A stretch of 64,000 nt of DNA, taken from assembly GCA_000708835.1 (NCBI GenBank), contig DF237190.1, positions 1-64,000 on the forward strand. The letters run 5' to 3'. Under the pieces are notes generated by a model. It had not been told where the DNA came from, did not search any database, and saw only the letters and a program-made list of their open reading frames with translations. The position numbers were made by a program, and so were the translations under genes. This DNA comes from Klebsormidium nitens (lineage: Eukaryota > Plantae > Klebsormidiophyceae). Below are positions 26,501 through 39,300 of the stretch, piece by piece; positions within the stretch are counted from its first letter, which is position 1; each line of letters starts with the position of its first letter.

Positions 26501-28075
26501 CTGCCTGGTATCCAGACTTCTCTTTGGAATCATTGAAGAATCTACCTCGCTTTTTCACAACCAGCCAATCACACGCAGTCCTCATCCGCGTTCGAAGCCG
26601 TTGGCACTTTCTCTTCAAACTGCCACGTGTCTGTACCTCAGCGAGGAAATATAGCTCAGAAGATGTACGAAAGGAGCTCACCCCCTCCGGTGCGGCACGC
26701 CCCGGTCGCTGTACCATTTGGCGCTGGCCATGAAAGTGCGTGCGTCTTTGACGAGAGTCTCGATGATCCCTCCATCCAGAACGACCGAGTGCAGTGGGCG
26801 AACGGGGCGGGTCCCAATCTGCAGAACGGAAGCAGCGGCCGTCAGTGTCTGGTATTGTTTGAGAGTCCTGAATCCCGTGAAGCATGTGCTTGCAGCTGTG
26901 TCTAACTGACACTACTTTATGGAGAGACGAAGGCGTAAGAGAATCAAGGTCATAAAAGGGTGAACCTGGCAGTGCTCAATGCGGGTTGTGCTTGAACGAG
27001 ATTTTGAAGCTTCTGTTATTGGGGTCAACTGTGTTCCACGTTGAACAAGATGGTTTAACTGTCCGAAAACATGAAGCTTCCGGTTCGACTCTTTGGGCAG
27101 CAAGAAATAGCTAATAGACCAATATGTCTACGATTCCCTCCTCTGATTATTAGAGTTCAAGACTCGTTTACTTCCGAGTCATCACTGCATCAAAAGTGCT
27201 CCTTTCGCACGATGTGCTTGTAAGCAAACAGAAAGCGCTCTGTGGCAGACAGAGGTTTCAGCCTAAGGCAACAGGAATGAAGCGAAGTTACAAAAAGCAA
27301 AATCGGACAAACAACTCACGCAGTCCCAGTAGCACTCCTCGATCGACCACCGGTTGACGTTGGTCACTTTGCGCTCCTCCACAGCCGCCAGCGCGCCCGC
27401 CATTGCCTCCTTGATCAGCTTCTCAATCGTTTCCCTAGTTGTCGCTGTGATAATCAGCGCGTCCTTCGACGCCAAACTCTTGAAAAGACTCGACACGTCC
27501 CCTGACTGCCCCTTGTTCAGAACGTCCGCTCTAGTTTCCAGCTGAAACGTCACGACCTCGCTGTTGTACTCAAATTTCTGCGCTTCTTGAAGCTTCGGAA
27601 CGAAGAACAGATTGTACACCGCTCGAACCGCGCCCCCAGAGGGGTTACGCGACGCCTCACTCTCGCTGTCGTCATCGTCGACGTCAGCGGTGGGCATCTC
27701 GTACCTGGACTGCAGGTTCAGCTGCGAACTATCCTTCCCCAGGTGTTTGCTTAACCACTTCTGTAACCACACGTACGCCGCATCGTCTGGACTTACCGAG
27801 ACCGTAACCACCCCCCGACGCTTTGTCAGAAACTTCCAAGTGTGAGTCACTAACAATCTCCCCCTGGCTGCGCAGGCTCCGATGAGCATAAGCCCGACCC
27901 CCCCCGCAAAGTAGTCGTTCTGGAGGTACTGCCGCTTAACTGCGGCGGTTAGCGTTGACTGTAGGGTCTCCAGCCACTGGGAGGAGGTGTAGTTAGCGGT
28001 TTGACCCAAAAGGGTTTCCTGGGCCAGGGCCCAAATGCCAACGGAAGTGGCGTTGAGCATGGCAGGGGAAGCCAT
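23523..28075 (-). CDS. BCS1: BCS1-like mitochondrial AAA+ ATPase, 6 exons, about 602 aa
   Basis: Exons 27320-28075, 26682-26818, 26193-26333, 25463-25589, 24592-24759, 23523-24002. BCS1_N-like [12 protein letters not shown]...[24 protein letters not shown] (Walker A), ILVLEDID (Walker B), [20 protein letters not shown]. An upstream in-frame ATG at 28147 is an alternative start. Confidence 0.92.
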
Positions 28076-29744
28076 GGCCTGCTGAGTACGGAGACTTTGA
28101 CGCCTGCGATTGTCTTTGGATGTCCTGTAAGAAGGGGAGCAAGGCATGTCAGAATGAAATTCCACAAGGATCAGCAGTGTCTCATTTGATGCCACTCTTC
28201 TATGCAAAGGGTGCTAACTGGCCTGTAATGAGATTGTCATCTTCAAATGTTTGCAGCCAGGATACATCCCAATTGAAGCCATCTTTTTAGTGATGTGGCT
28301 TCTTGAATCTTGAGCATCGACCGTCAAGACAATCAGGCCAGGAGGTCCAATTCTTGAGTGGCTGCTGGGGTGGGCAGAGGCAAAAAGTCCACAGATCCGC
28401 TTTCAGCTTTGAGCTGCCTTCAGCGGGTTCAACCTTGTTAGAATCAGATCTGGACACCTGTGTATCTGGATAGAGCATCTAAAGAATGCGTGTCACGTTA
28501 TGAACACCATCTGTTGTGCTAGCTAGGTGCAAGCAAATAAGACACAGCTGGCGTATTGTATTCTGCGCATCAACAGCTGGCGATGAGATTTGCAGCTGCC
28601 TGGTGGAACCAACGACATTGCTCAGGAAGCTGCTACAGATCAATCAAGCCATGAAAGAGCGTCATGAAAACTACTCATGCGCCTCTATCATACTCTTGAA
28701 GTTGCCTAGCAAGGTTAGATGTAGGAGGAGATCAGCAACGGCATAGGCAAACTCATGCACCGTATCTGCAACACTGATCTGATACCTAAAACCTCTTCTT
28801 GCAAAGTGACAAAATGGTCACTGCCTTGTCTCACCTCTTCAGTTGACAGTCACGCCGTCTCCTTGCTGGTCGTTCCTCAGCACGTTGCAAGCACACCCAA
28901 GACAGGGGGATTGAGCAAGCTGGGCGTGTAAGAACTACAGCGGGTCGGGCATTGGCTTGGGATCAATCTGCTTCTTTAAAGATGTTTGCAACTTATGTAT
29001 GACCGTTCCTGGTGCTGTCAGCTCAATGCAGAGCATGTGGTAAGACATGAGGTTGCACGGCTGAGTGATGCAAGGATGCGTACCCTACCTACGGGAGGCC
29101 ATCAGCATTGCCATCTGCACATCAGTTCTTGGATTTCTCCTGTCCTTCTCACCTTCAAGTTCAGGCTTCAGATTCTACCCGCCAGCTACCCGCTCAAGAG
29201 GGCCACTCCGCAGATGGCGGGGGGAGTTCCGACCATCCAGCAATGGCAAGGGTCGTCACCGGTGACGAACCCGTTGCGTGGCCAGGTCGGCACGCCCGGG
29301 GCTTTGTCCCGGGATACCTTTCAGCTTCAAAGTACACCGTCCGATGATGAGGTGTCTGCTAATATCGAAGGCCTTAATGTCGGAGACCTTTCGAACCGGG
29401 CGCTCAAGAAACCCGGGTTCTTGGCAAACCCAGGGTCAGTGGACACTCTTGAGACTTGACCCGAAACCATCAAAAGTTCAAACTGCCAGCTTGCACACCT
29501 GAGGCTGAGGCTAGCAGTCCAGCTCTCATGCATAGGACATGATAGGAGTTTGTCTCGTTCTTTCTTGAATCTTGCTTGCGCCTTGCTTGCAAATGCGTCC
29601 CTGACGCTGGACCAGAGAACAGCAGGGACAATTGAGCATTGTTCCGTCGTCTTGTCTTCCAACGGGCACTGCTGCTGGCCTGCCCTCAGCGTCGTCACAA
29701 TCACAATCACAAAGGAGAAAGCATCGTATCTCTGAGATGCCACA

Positions 29745-30908
29745 ATGTGGGCGTCCCGCCTGCATTGCGCCATAGCTACTGCTGTTCAGAGCAGACTGGG
29801 AAAAGTCTCAGCAGAGAGTATCAGGTGGCCAGCAACTGCCCCTCGTGCGCTCTTCGCACTCATAGCCGAGGTCACTGAGCAATTTGCCAAACCGCCTAGG
29901 CAGTCGAGCAGTGTCAAGCCTGGTAGACCCCATGATCCACAGCCCGTAGGATATTATTTGAGGAATCTTCCTCGTTGGCTGCCGTCGTCCGCTTATGGAA
30001 GTCCAAGTCTCAAGTTGTTCTCAAACTGGGTGGAAGGTGAGAGTGGTCTGGTGGGAGGCTCGCACTCCATCCGCGAGCATTTGAGCAAGGCGACTGCAAA
30101 TGCACAGCGATTGGGCATGAACATGGGAGTTCATATTGGGATTGGTATTTCCATCGGAGGGGTCACATTACTTCAAACAAGGTCTGTGCATTCTTCGGGT
30201 TCGGCTGGCAAAAAGTGCCCCGAGTGTCAGCGTTTCAAGGACTTGGTGGACTTTGGGAAAATCCATTCGGGGGACGTTCGTGGTGCCTGCAGAGCGTGCG
30301 CGGCTGCCAGCCAAGCAAAGCGCAAAGGGGCCGTGCTTCATCACTTGGGGCTCTCAGTAGAGCAAGCATGGGCAAACGCTCGGAAGTGCTCAAGATGCGG
30401 TGAAACCAAGGAAGTTCGGGACTTTGCTATAATGTACCGGAGCACAGGCAAGCTGCAACCTCATTGTAGGGCGTGTAACTTTGCCTGGGATGAGAAAAAG
30501 CGTAGTAGCAAGCCGCCCGGCACTCTTCTAGAATGCAGGCATTGCCACGAGATTAAGCCGGCAAGCGAGTTCACACGCGGTCATGTTACGACATGTAAGG
30601 TGTGCACCAACAAGCGCTCCGCCGAGCGCTATCAAATGAAGCGGGCAGCGCAGCTCAGCATCCCAGAGAAGAAGCGCTGCACCGTTTGCGGTGAGGAGAA
30701 ACGAGCGTTCGAGTTCCGCTTGAGCAAACGGAGCAACGGCCGCTTGCAGAGTTGGTGCAGGGAGTGCGGGCACACTCTGAGAGCTTTGATTATGCGGAGG
30801 CACGCACAGATAAAGCAGCAACCGGCAGTTAGCCGACGGAAAACATCTGAACCCTCCACTACCGTGGACAATTTTCAGCCACTGCTTGGCCGCAATCGGG
30901 CCGCATAG
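29745..30908 (+). CDS. Protein with four C-x2-C-x3-K-x4-F-xn-C-x2-C zinc-finger-like repeats
   Basis: 387-codon ORF containing CPEC..CRAC, CSRC..CRAC, CRHC..CKVC, CTVC..CREC (30216-30767). The true start is unclear (ATG 30117 or upstream exons). Confidence 0.7.
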   Translation: MWASRLHCAIATAVQSRLGKVSAESIRWPATAPRALFALIAEVTEQFAKPPRQSSSVKPGRPHDPQPVGYYLRNLPRWLPSSAYGSPSLKLFSNWVEGESGLVGGSHSIREHLSKATANAQRLGMNMGVHIGIGISIGGVTLLQTRSVHSSGSAGKKCPECQRFKDLVDFGKIHSGDVRGACRACAAASQAKRKGAVLHHLGLSVEQAWANARKCSRCGETKEVRDFAIMYRSTGKLQPHCRACNFAWDEKKRSSKPPGTLLECRHCHEIKPASEFTRGHVTTCKVCTNKRSAERYQMKRAAQLSIPEKKRCTVCGEEKRAFEFRLSKRSNGRLQSWCRECGHTLRALIMRRHAQIKQQPAVSRRKTSEPSTTVDNFQPLLGRNRAA

Positions 30909-33328
30909 ATTCTACGACGGTGTTGAACCTGCACTTTACTTGCAACTGAGCCCATTGGAGAATATCGTGGGAGGGTCGTGACTCATCAGATACTTGGAGG
31001 ACTTAGGTTTCGAGTAGGCGGATCGTGTTTGGAAACAAAACTAACCAGCACCATAAACCGCGTTGATTGGGCTTGTGCAAAGAGCACAAGGCCTGGACAG
31101 AAGTCGGGTTAAGACTACCAGACTCAGGGCGCTATCACTGGCGGACTGTGAGAAGGGGCGCCGTTCGTGGGGGTCCTCTTGGTCGGGCTCCAGCACGCAG
31201 GTTCGCTGCAGGTAAGGGGATCCAGAATGCGGACGTCCTCTGTTCCGGGTGCACGGTACAGTTTGCGTTCACCGGTGTTTCAAAATTGACACTCTGTCTG
31301 TCGTCCGAGCAATAAGTTGCTGTCGAACGTTGGGCTTCGACAAGACCAGTGTCAAGTGCGTCCAAAGCCCTAGGAGCTGTGTCTTGAAGCACTTTCCAGA
31401 GTGCGCCGTGTCTTGGAAGACGCAGGGAACGGACACTCCAGTCATTTATGATCAGCGTGTTGAGCACGATTGTAGGAAGCCGAAGTCTGTGGTCAAAAGT
31501 TTTGTTTAGTTCAGGAACTCCATTCTGGTTCGCAGTGATTATTGGACCTCATACCGGTCCTAAGTACTAATGTAAATGCGCCTCAGACCCACTTGATCCG
31601 CACTACTGGTTTCATGTCAGTGCAATGACTCATTTGGGAGATAGGATTGGGTGCCAACTTTAGGCACATGGGCCATGGGGCACTTCAGCTCGTTCAGATT
31701 TTACAAGTCAAACAGATACAGGTGCAATAGTTGGCAGGTGCCAGTCGGGTGGTTTTCAGGCGGAGCTAGCTCGCTTACGGATTGATATAAAATTGACTTT
31801 TGCAGGGTTGTGGAGCGTGCTTCGTGAAGAGCATACGAAAGCTCGAGACTTTGCTAGCACAGGGGCTCCATAAGTGGCAACAAGTTCCCATTGGGCGGCA
31901 ACCAGCGCTCTACATTGATAAGGACGCTTGATTCCAGGGGATTCAGTTGTGTGAGGAGATGTACTTCTAGTGATTCTCTTCAAAGGTAGCTCGTAGAATC
32001 AAGATGTTGGAAGATGGGCTTCAAGTAGTGCAAGTAACCTTCAGTTGAACGTTGTACTGACATCACGACGCAGGCGCCCAGCTCTATACTAGTCGGACTA
32101 CTAGCTTTTTTAATGGAACACGTGGGCCCTGCAGCATTCTGACCATGGGATTGAGCTTTTGGCAATTTGAAATCAGAGTGTGTACGCGGCCTGATTGTCT
32201 GGTCTCAGCTGGCGAGCCCTCATGTAGCCTATTGGAATGGATCACACCCATAGTTGGACTTGAAAGCTTGTCATCCGGTCGGATGCATGGTCACTATCTT
32301 TGGTAAGATCGGATGAGTCCGACGCGTGTGCGCTAACTTAAGGAGGCTGCTTTAAGGATCGAGGCTCAGTGCATATGCCGCCAGTTATTGCATCACATGA
32401 CTCATCGCATCGGATGCATGCCGCGCCCCACATATGATGGCCGCCGTTTGCGTTGTTTAAATTGAACGATCCGATCGAAGGTGGAAAGAGCGACTCAGCC
32501 ACGGTCAGCAATATATATAGGCTGAGTCCGGGGTGCCAAGCATGGGTTCAAGATTGAAAGTTCTTGAGTATAAGTTATAACGCCGCGCATGACCATCATG
32601 GGGCGGCCGATCTGCCACTGCATATATATGGGGCAAGCTAGTGTATGCGCAGAAGCCTCGTACATGTGCATGCGCGCATGGCCAATGAAGCTCAGGCGAT
32701 ACTGATGAGTGCGGCAAGCTAGCTCATTGATGCGGGCGGCCCAGGAGTGGCGCCCGGCAATGATGATCAGCAACTTTACACTTGAAGCGCTGACATGTAT
32801 GTATCGCGTTATTTTCTCTAACACGCGCTAGCTTGCTTAAAGGAAACTAAAGCGCGTTGTGCACTAGATAGATCCGATACCGCTTATATGTACGATTGGA
32901 CGGTTACGAGATGGCACTTCATACCGAACAACCACCCCATGCAGTATACGTTTGCAGAAGCCTGGGCCGGCATGCTGCCTCCCGATGGCAACTTCTTTCT
33001 GATTGCACGTATCCAAATCCAAGCCTGTGCAAATTCTCACATGCCCTCAAAGGAGCACGTGACTGCACAACCTTTAGTTTTCAAAAGCAGGATATTGACA
33101 CCCGGTGCGTCAAAACCCATTGTCCAATGCTAGTAGCAGTGCTCTGACTTTCGTTAGCGTCAGGCCTCCGTGGCGCCCTGGTTCTGGGTCTTGTTCTACT
33201 TAATCAATGACCATTCTTTTCCACGACTCCGTGCTTGTCTCATAACATATGCCTATGGAGGTAATGGTGAGCACTTCTGCCACGTCAGATTTATACCCGC
33301 CAAGAAAGATTAGGCAGCGACAGTCGAA

Positions 33329-36300
33329 CTAAGCGAGTTTCTTGATACCCTCGGCTAGATTGGTTAGCAAAGGCCCTCGGCCCCATGGCCCATGGTTTTT
33401 GCCCATCCTAAGAAGTTGCGCCGCGCTTTCGCTTAGAGACCGACTACTTATCTGACCAGATTCCGTTCGGCGGAGGGCAAACAGGATGCGATTCACGTCC
33501 CCGTCGACATCAAATTCGTAAACGTCGTGGAATACCTGGAGACGAACAGACATCTTCAGCAAACAATAGCGAGCTTCAGAGACGTTTGGTCAAGCGCATC
33601 TAGCCGGCGCCATCTCTTCCTTGATGGTACTCGTACTTGGAAATATTGCAATCCACATGTGGAACACAATTGATGTGTCAGAACATAATGGCAGACGATA
33701 TTCGCAACTTCAATCCTATGCCCAATCATCGCGCTTGCGGCCAAGGATAATCGGTTGTGAACCTTAACAATGAGCAACCGTAACCCGGAAGCCCAAAACT
33801 CAGGTCTTGTAGACAAGAACCGACTTCAGGGGAAGAGCTCGTCGCGACCAACTGCACGAGCGTTTGACACGTGGCAGTAGCCAGCAGACATCCACGAACA
33901 CTGAGATACTCGCGGAAAAACCATACATGCTGAGCGAAGAGAATCGCATTGAAGTGTATTTGATAAGAAGCCAGTCTGACTTTTATCAGGCGGTTTTTCA
34001 GAGGTCAAACGGTGGAGGATGCCCGTTTACGTCTGCCTAAAAGTCTGGCAAAGAATTCAGCGTCACCTTCTGACGTCAGGCCCACCTCTTTGAGTATGGC
34101 GCAGGCCGATGCGTATGGCGCTGCGGCGCGGGAGACGACGTTCACCACAAACATGCCGCCGTCACGTAGAGCGGCTCGACACGTCAGCAGAAAGTCCTTT
34201 TCGAGGAACGCGGGTGCGGGGCAGCTCATGCTCAGACTGCAAGTATCGACTTAGTGTATGGTCAGGAGGTTCGAGTTAATGGAGGTCTACGAACAGGCTT
34301 CGTGGGAAGAGCTTTGTGGGAAGCTCAGCGCATGTTCCGTCTGCAAGGAGTGGGAAACCTTGACTCTCCGTTTCGGCTTGATGATTGCATAACATCATCG
34401 TTCTACGTTTCGGCATGATCATTCCACGAGATCCGGAAGATCCAACAAGAAAATGGAGCCTATGGGACAGACACCTCGTCACCGCGCCCGAGGTCATAGG
34501 AAATGCACAGCGAACAAAGCCTCCAAAGGAGTAAATGCTCAGCCGGAGTCACTACTATCTCTATCTGGGGAACTGTGGCACAACGATGACTCATGTAAAC
34601 GACCGTACCGTCCAGAACAGAAGGTGACAACAAGAGCCGACAGGAAAGAAAGACCATGCCTTGTAAAGATGAGGCAGGAACCCTGAACATGTTGCCATAA
34701 ACAACTTGATTCCCTAACACCCATCCAAAAGCATTCTCCGGACCAATTAAAATCGCCCACCTGGCATCCCCCGCGTCCACGTCGATGAACAGTACATCCA
34801 GTCTCTGGTCACGTGCCCCCTCAGGCCGCTCCGGCGAGGCTCCGTTTCCGGTGCTGTTCCCATTCCGTTCCGATGTCCGGTTAACCGGAGAACTCTCGTT
34901 ACGTGGCCTGTCAGTAGACTGGACTGAACCGACTTGGTGGTTCTCTGACGGAAAAGCGCCGTTGCCACATGGCGGCGTTCCATTGGCTGTGGATACGCTG
35001 GCCGTGATGGCGTGCACCGCTTTCAAGCCGTCCCCTATTTCGAGCTGCAATGGTCGGAGCGGGGCTGATAAGCAGAAACGCTATCGCGAGAGAGTTTCCG
35101 CTTCTTGTCTGCTCACCCCTTTAAGTGATTATTTAGCTATTTGTGTTTGAAGCAGATGATGCCAAATCAACATCGGCAGGAACAACAGAGCCTTCGACCA
35201 GCATTTCGAATGAGTTTCCCGCAAGGAATACTTGAAACGTCGAGTAAGATGTCAAAATGGCCCAATGGGCGCTAAACAATTTTTTCTCTCACTTTCACTG
35301 TTCACATCTCTGCAGGGCATCTTTGCCATAACAGTAGACTGCTCGCTTACGCATAAAAGTTGGATGATAGTAGATTCAGTTCTGAAGTTTTATTCGACCC
35401 ACGCTTTGGCCACACAGCGGATGAAGTTTTTCAGAACTCAAGAATGGGACCGAAGACCTGCTGCTGCACAGCTAACGAATCAACTTATGTCACGGATACA
35501 TCAACCAGAGCACGTTGCACCTAGAGCAGCAGTTTCTCCAAGAGAACCAATAAGTAACCCTACCTGCATTCTGTCGTCTTCGACGAAACCAAAGTGACGC
35601 TGCGCCATCTGAGCCACAACAGGGTCCAGTTCGACTACCTGCGGAAAATAGACGAACAGCAGTGCTCGTTTGAGGTGTCGGCAACTTCTACAGCTCGATT
35701 TCAGCACAGCGGATGCAATAGCACACTCATCAGTCGTCCAATCAGGTCATGTCAGAGAACGTCGTCTCAAGAGTGCTCCACTTTTATGTGTGGCCCTCGT
35801 CTACAGAGACCGAAAGGGATGCTCTTTGAAAACCTTACAAATCTCAAGATGCAGCATCTTGATGCAGCAACAAGGGTGGTGAACTCGCTCCCCAGTTTCC
35901 CAATATTCGGAACCGTGAAAGTGTTTCGAGTTTCGGACTTTATGCTTTGGTCCAGCACGTCTGCCCGCTGTCCCGTGCCCTTTCGGAACGGCAGTGCCGG
36001 CTGGGCAGTCGGAAACCAAACCTCCATTTGAAGATGCTGCCAGCCATTCTTCCTCGTTTGAAAGTCAAAAGTTCTCTAATGCTCCCAACATCAGAAGTCC
36101 TGGCTCTGCATATCAAACGGTTAAAAGCCTAAAAGGACGCGAGCAGTTGGATTCGCTGCATAGCTACTATCACTCAGAGTGCGCTTCTATCACTGAAGGA
36201 CAAACCGAAGACAGGGAACTTAGCCGCGTCAGTAGCATTTTTGTCGTGCAGAGGACGGATGTGTGCTCACCTTGACTCGCAGCGGCAAGTGGTTGTGAAG

Positions 36301-39300
36301 AAACATGGGCAGCCCCCCACCACCAAGCCCAATCACCAGCACTCGAGCCTACAAAAATTGGAATGCGTTGTTACGACGACAACTTTGATCGCACCCGTAC
36401 GCTCCGCAGGCTCGATGCTGAAATACCAGTCTAAGTGCGCAGTCGCAGTACTATTCCCGTTGCACAAACTCGAATTCCATAATGACGACAGCAGAGCAAG
36501 AAATTCTAGCATCCAGAAAACTGGATGTGTTGTGCTGTGAGGAGACCACAAGAAACGGTGTGCGATTTTGCGCCATTCAGCGCCACGTGGCAAGCCGCCC
36601 ACCATTCCGTTCGTCTCCTCGTAACCCTCCAGCAGCGGCATAACGAGCGCCAGTCCCGCGACCATCGCCGCGTGATACTCGCTCGTCAGCAGACTGTGGT
36701 CCACCGCCCGCTCTCCGACCTCCCCCCTTTGTCCCCCGCCTTTCCTTCCCCCCTTCTTCTTCGACGCGGCGTCTCCGTTTGCTGACGTGGGTGGTGACGT
36801 CAGCGCGGCCTCGGACTGGACCAGGTTTTGGTTCCGGGTGAAGACGAGGCGCCGGAACGTGCCCTGCGACCCGGAGTCGAGCTCCACGTCTTCCACCACG
36901 ATGGGCCCCGTGATTTGCGACTCCGCCTGGAAACGGCAGGCAAGGAAGGTGAGGACAAGGTTGACAAGGCCTTGAGAACGAGGGCCCCCTTTGGTTGCGA
37001 CCAGGTTTGAAAAGGCAGGCGACAATAAATCAGCGGACGCTTGACGGGGCCTCGAGCTGAACAGGCGCCGATGTAAAGGACTCCCTTGAGGAAACTGTGG
37101 TTGACAAGTACACAATACATTTGGCAAGGCCTCTCAAGCACGACAGGGTCAAAAATTCCGCCAGAAGCGCACGCAACACAAGCACGGACCTCGACCGGGC
37201 CTCGAGCACAAACGACGCTGAGAATGCATGTAAGCGAAACAGACAACGGAACAAGGCGGCTCAGCGAAAGTGGGGGTGCTGGAACATTTAGTGGAAGGTT
37301 ACAAGCACAGTAAACCCTTGTCAAAATCTGCACAATGACCTGCATTTGAAAATGAACTAAACAAAAGCAATGCAGCCAGCAAGGTCTGTCTTCCTCAAGT
37401 AGGGGTCACTCTTCTCCATTCTTTGTGTGCGTGCTACTCAGTCGTTTCACAACGGTGAATTTGCCTTTGACCAACTCATATCCATCCCGTTCAATGATTG
37501 TAGCGAAGAGTATAAGCTTACCTCGTCCAGTATCGTCCTTTTCCCGATCCCGTCGTTCGTTGTCAAGTACGGAATTACCCTCCGCTCCCGTCGGCATGGC
37601 AGCGGCGCTAACCCTTCCACTAACGGGGAAAGCTCCGACTGCACCTCCTCACTGGACCCAAACCGGTGACCCCGGTTAAGCGTAACCAGGATCAACCGTG
37701 CAGCCGAAGCCTGCTCAACTAACTGCCACTGGCCCTCTTCTGAAGCGAATAACCATTCGTGTTCCCGTCCCTGAGGGACAAGGAAAACCGCGCACCGGTG
37801 CGCGCGCGCGGGCGCGCTCCCCATACTCGTTGACGCAGACGACTCGGACGAGCTGCTATCGGTTCCGCTGTGCTTCCGTTCTGTTTCCGCTGCCGTTCCG
37901 TTCTGGTTCGTTGACGCGGCATCAAGGACCGTGGCCGTGTACCGGGCTCGGCTCTGGGTCGGGTTAGCGACCTGGTTATCGAGACCGAGGTAGCAAACCG
38001 CCCTTCGGCCCGGGTGGTACGCCTCAAAGTCGTCGGCCGCCGGCTCGAGGGGCTGACACGCGTCCTGCTGACGTGAGCAACGCTCGTTAAATCGAGCGAC
38101 GGCCGCCATCAGATCCCGCAGCTGGCTTTCTCGCGCCTCCGTGATTTCTGAACCCGCTCTTCTAGTTCCCGCGATTTGTGCTTTGTCGAAAGCAAGGGTG
38201 ACTGGGTAGAAGCGCCGGCCGGCGCTTGGGGAGGTGGCCATGCTTCGGACGTCCAAAAAGTAGGTCCGGAAAGGGGAGTCCGAGCCGTCCGCAGGGAGAG
38301 GCACCTGGTGAATGGTCACGTGCCAGCCGGGGCCGAGCGTCGTGAGGAGAAGATCTGCAGGGCGACGACTGAACTTTCTTATTCCCTTTCGTTCATTTCG
38401 GGAGCATAATTAGAGAGCGTAATACTGACCACAAGCGCGCGTCAATGGAATCTGCTGACTGCCTCACGCAGTCGCGTGAAGATGGCGACAACGAAATCGC
38501 AGCGCTCAGGAGGCATCATTTATCAGCGATCTAAGGGTTGCTTAATCGAGGAAACGAACGGCTCTTTTGCCACAGCTTTTCGTGCGGATACACAGACGCT
38601 GATCCCGACTTGTTCTCCTGCATGTCTGACGAGATTCGTTTTGAGCAAGCAACTATGACCGCCGCCAACCCATCGCCAATCGCCAACTTTTTGGATATCA
38701 CGGAAGACGTCTGCCGCTAGGCCGCTGATACGAATCTCTAACGCCTGTTGCAAAATGAACGGGGGCTTTGCAACAAAGGCAACGTGTCCGCCGTCTCCAG
38801 AAAGTTTGCATGCCTTTCGGAGCAAACCGCTCAGAGATCCTTTAAAGCTGCCGCAAGCTCACCAATGACGTGCTTTTGAGCGAGAGAGACACAGAGGTAC
38901 CGCCCGGACCCGGGCCGAAGAACCCGCTTGACTTCCTTCAGAAATGCAGCCCCCGCAGACGCCCCTTCATCCCCGGGCTCCCCAGTGAGCGCGTCCAGGC
39001 CCCCCTTGTCGATGATGACGTCGAATGATGCGTCGGGGAACTGTGGAACGCTCGGAAACAGAGGCTCTGAGATTAAAACAGATTCGCAAATGACTATGAT
39101 GCTTCAAAACAGCGTGCCCGATTCTTGGTGCTTGGGAACGATTTTTTAACGGATGCACACAGTATCCAGGAAATCTGCGAAGAGCAAAAGGTGTGCAAAA
39201 ATTATGCAAGGAGTACCTCTGTGTCGGCATCTGGCAGAAATCCACAGATAAATGTGTTAAGCTTTTCTACCGATTTAGAAAGCTCTTGGAAAGAGGCCCC

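Noticed and set aside
31135-31467. 110-aa minus-strand ORF
   Set aside because: TTG start, no motif, no flanking exon chain.
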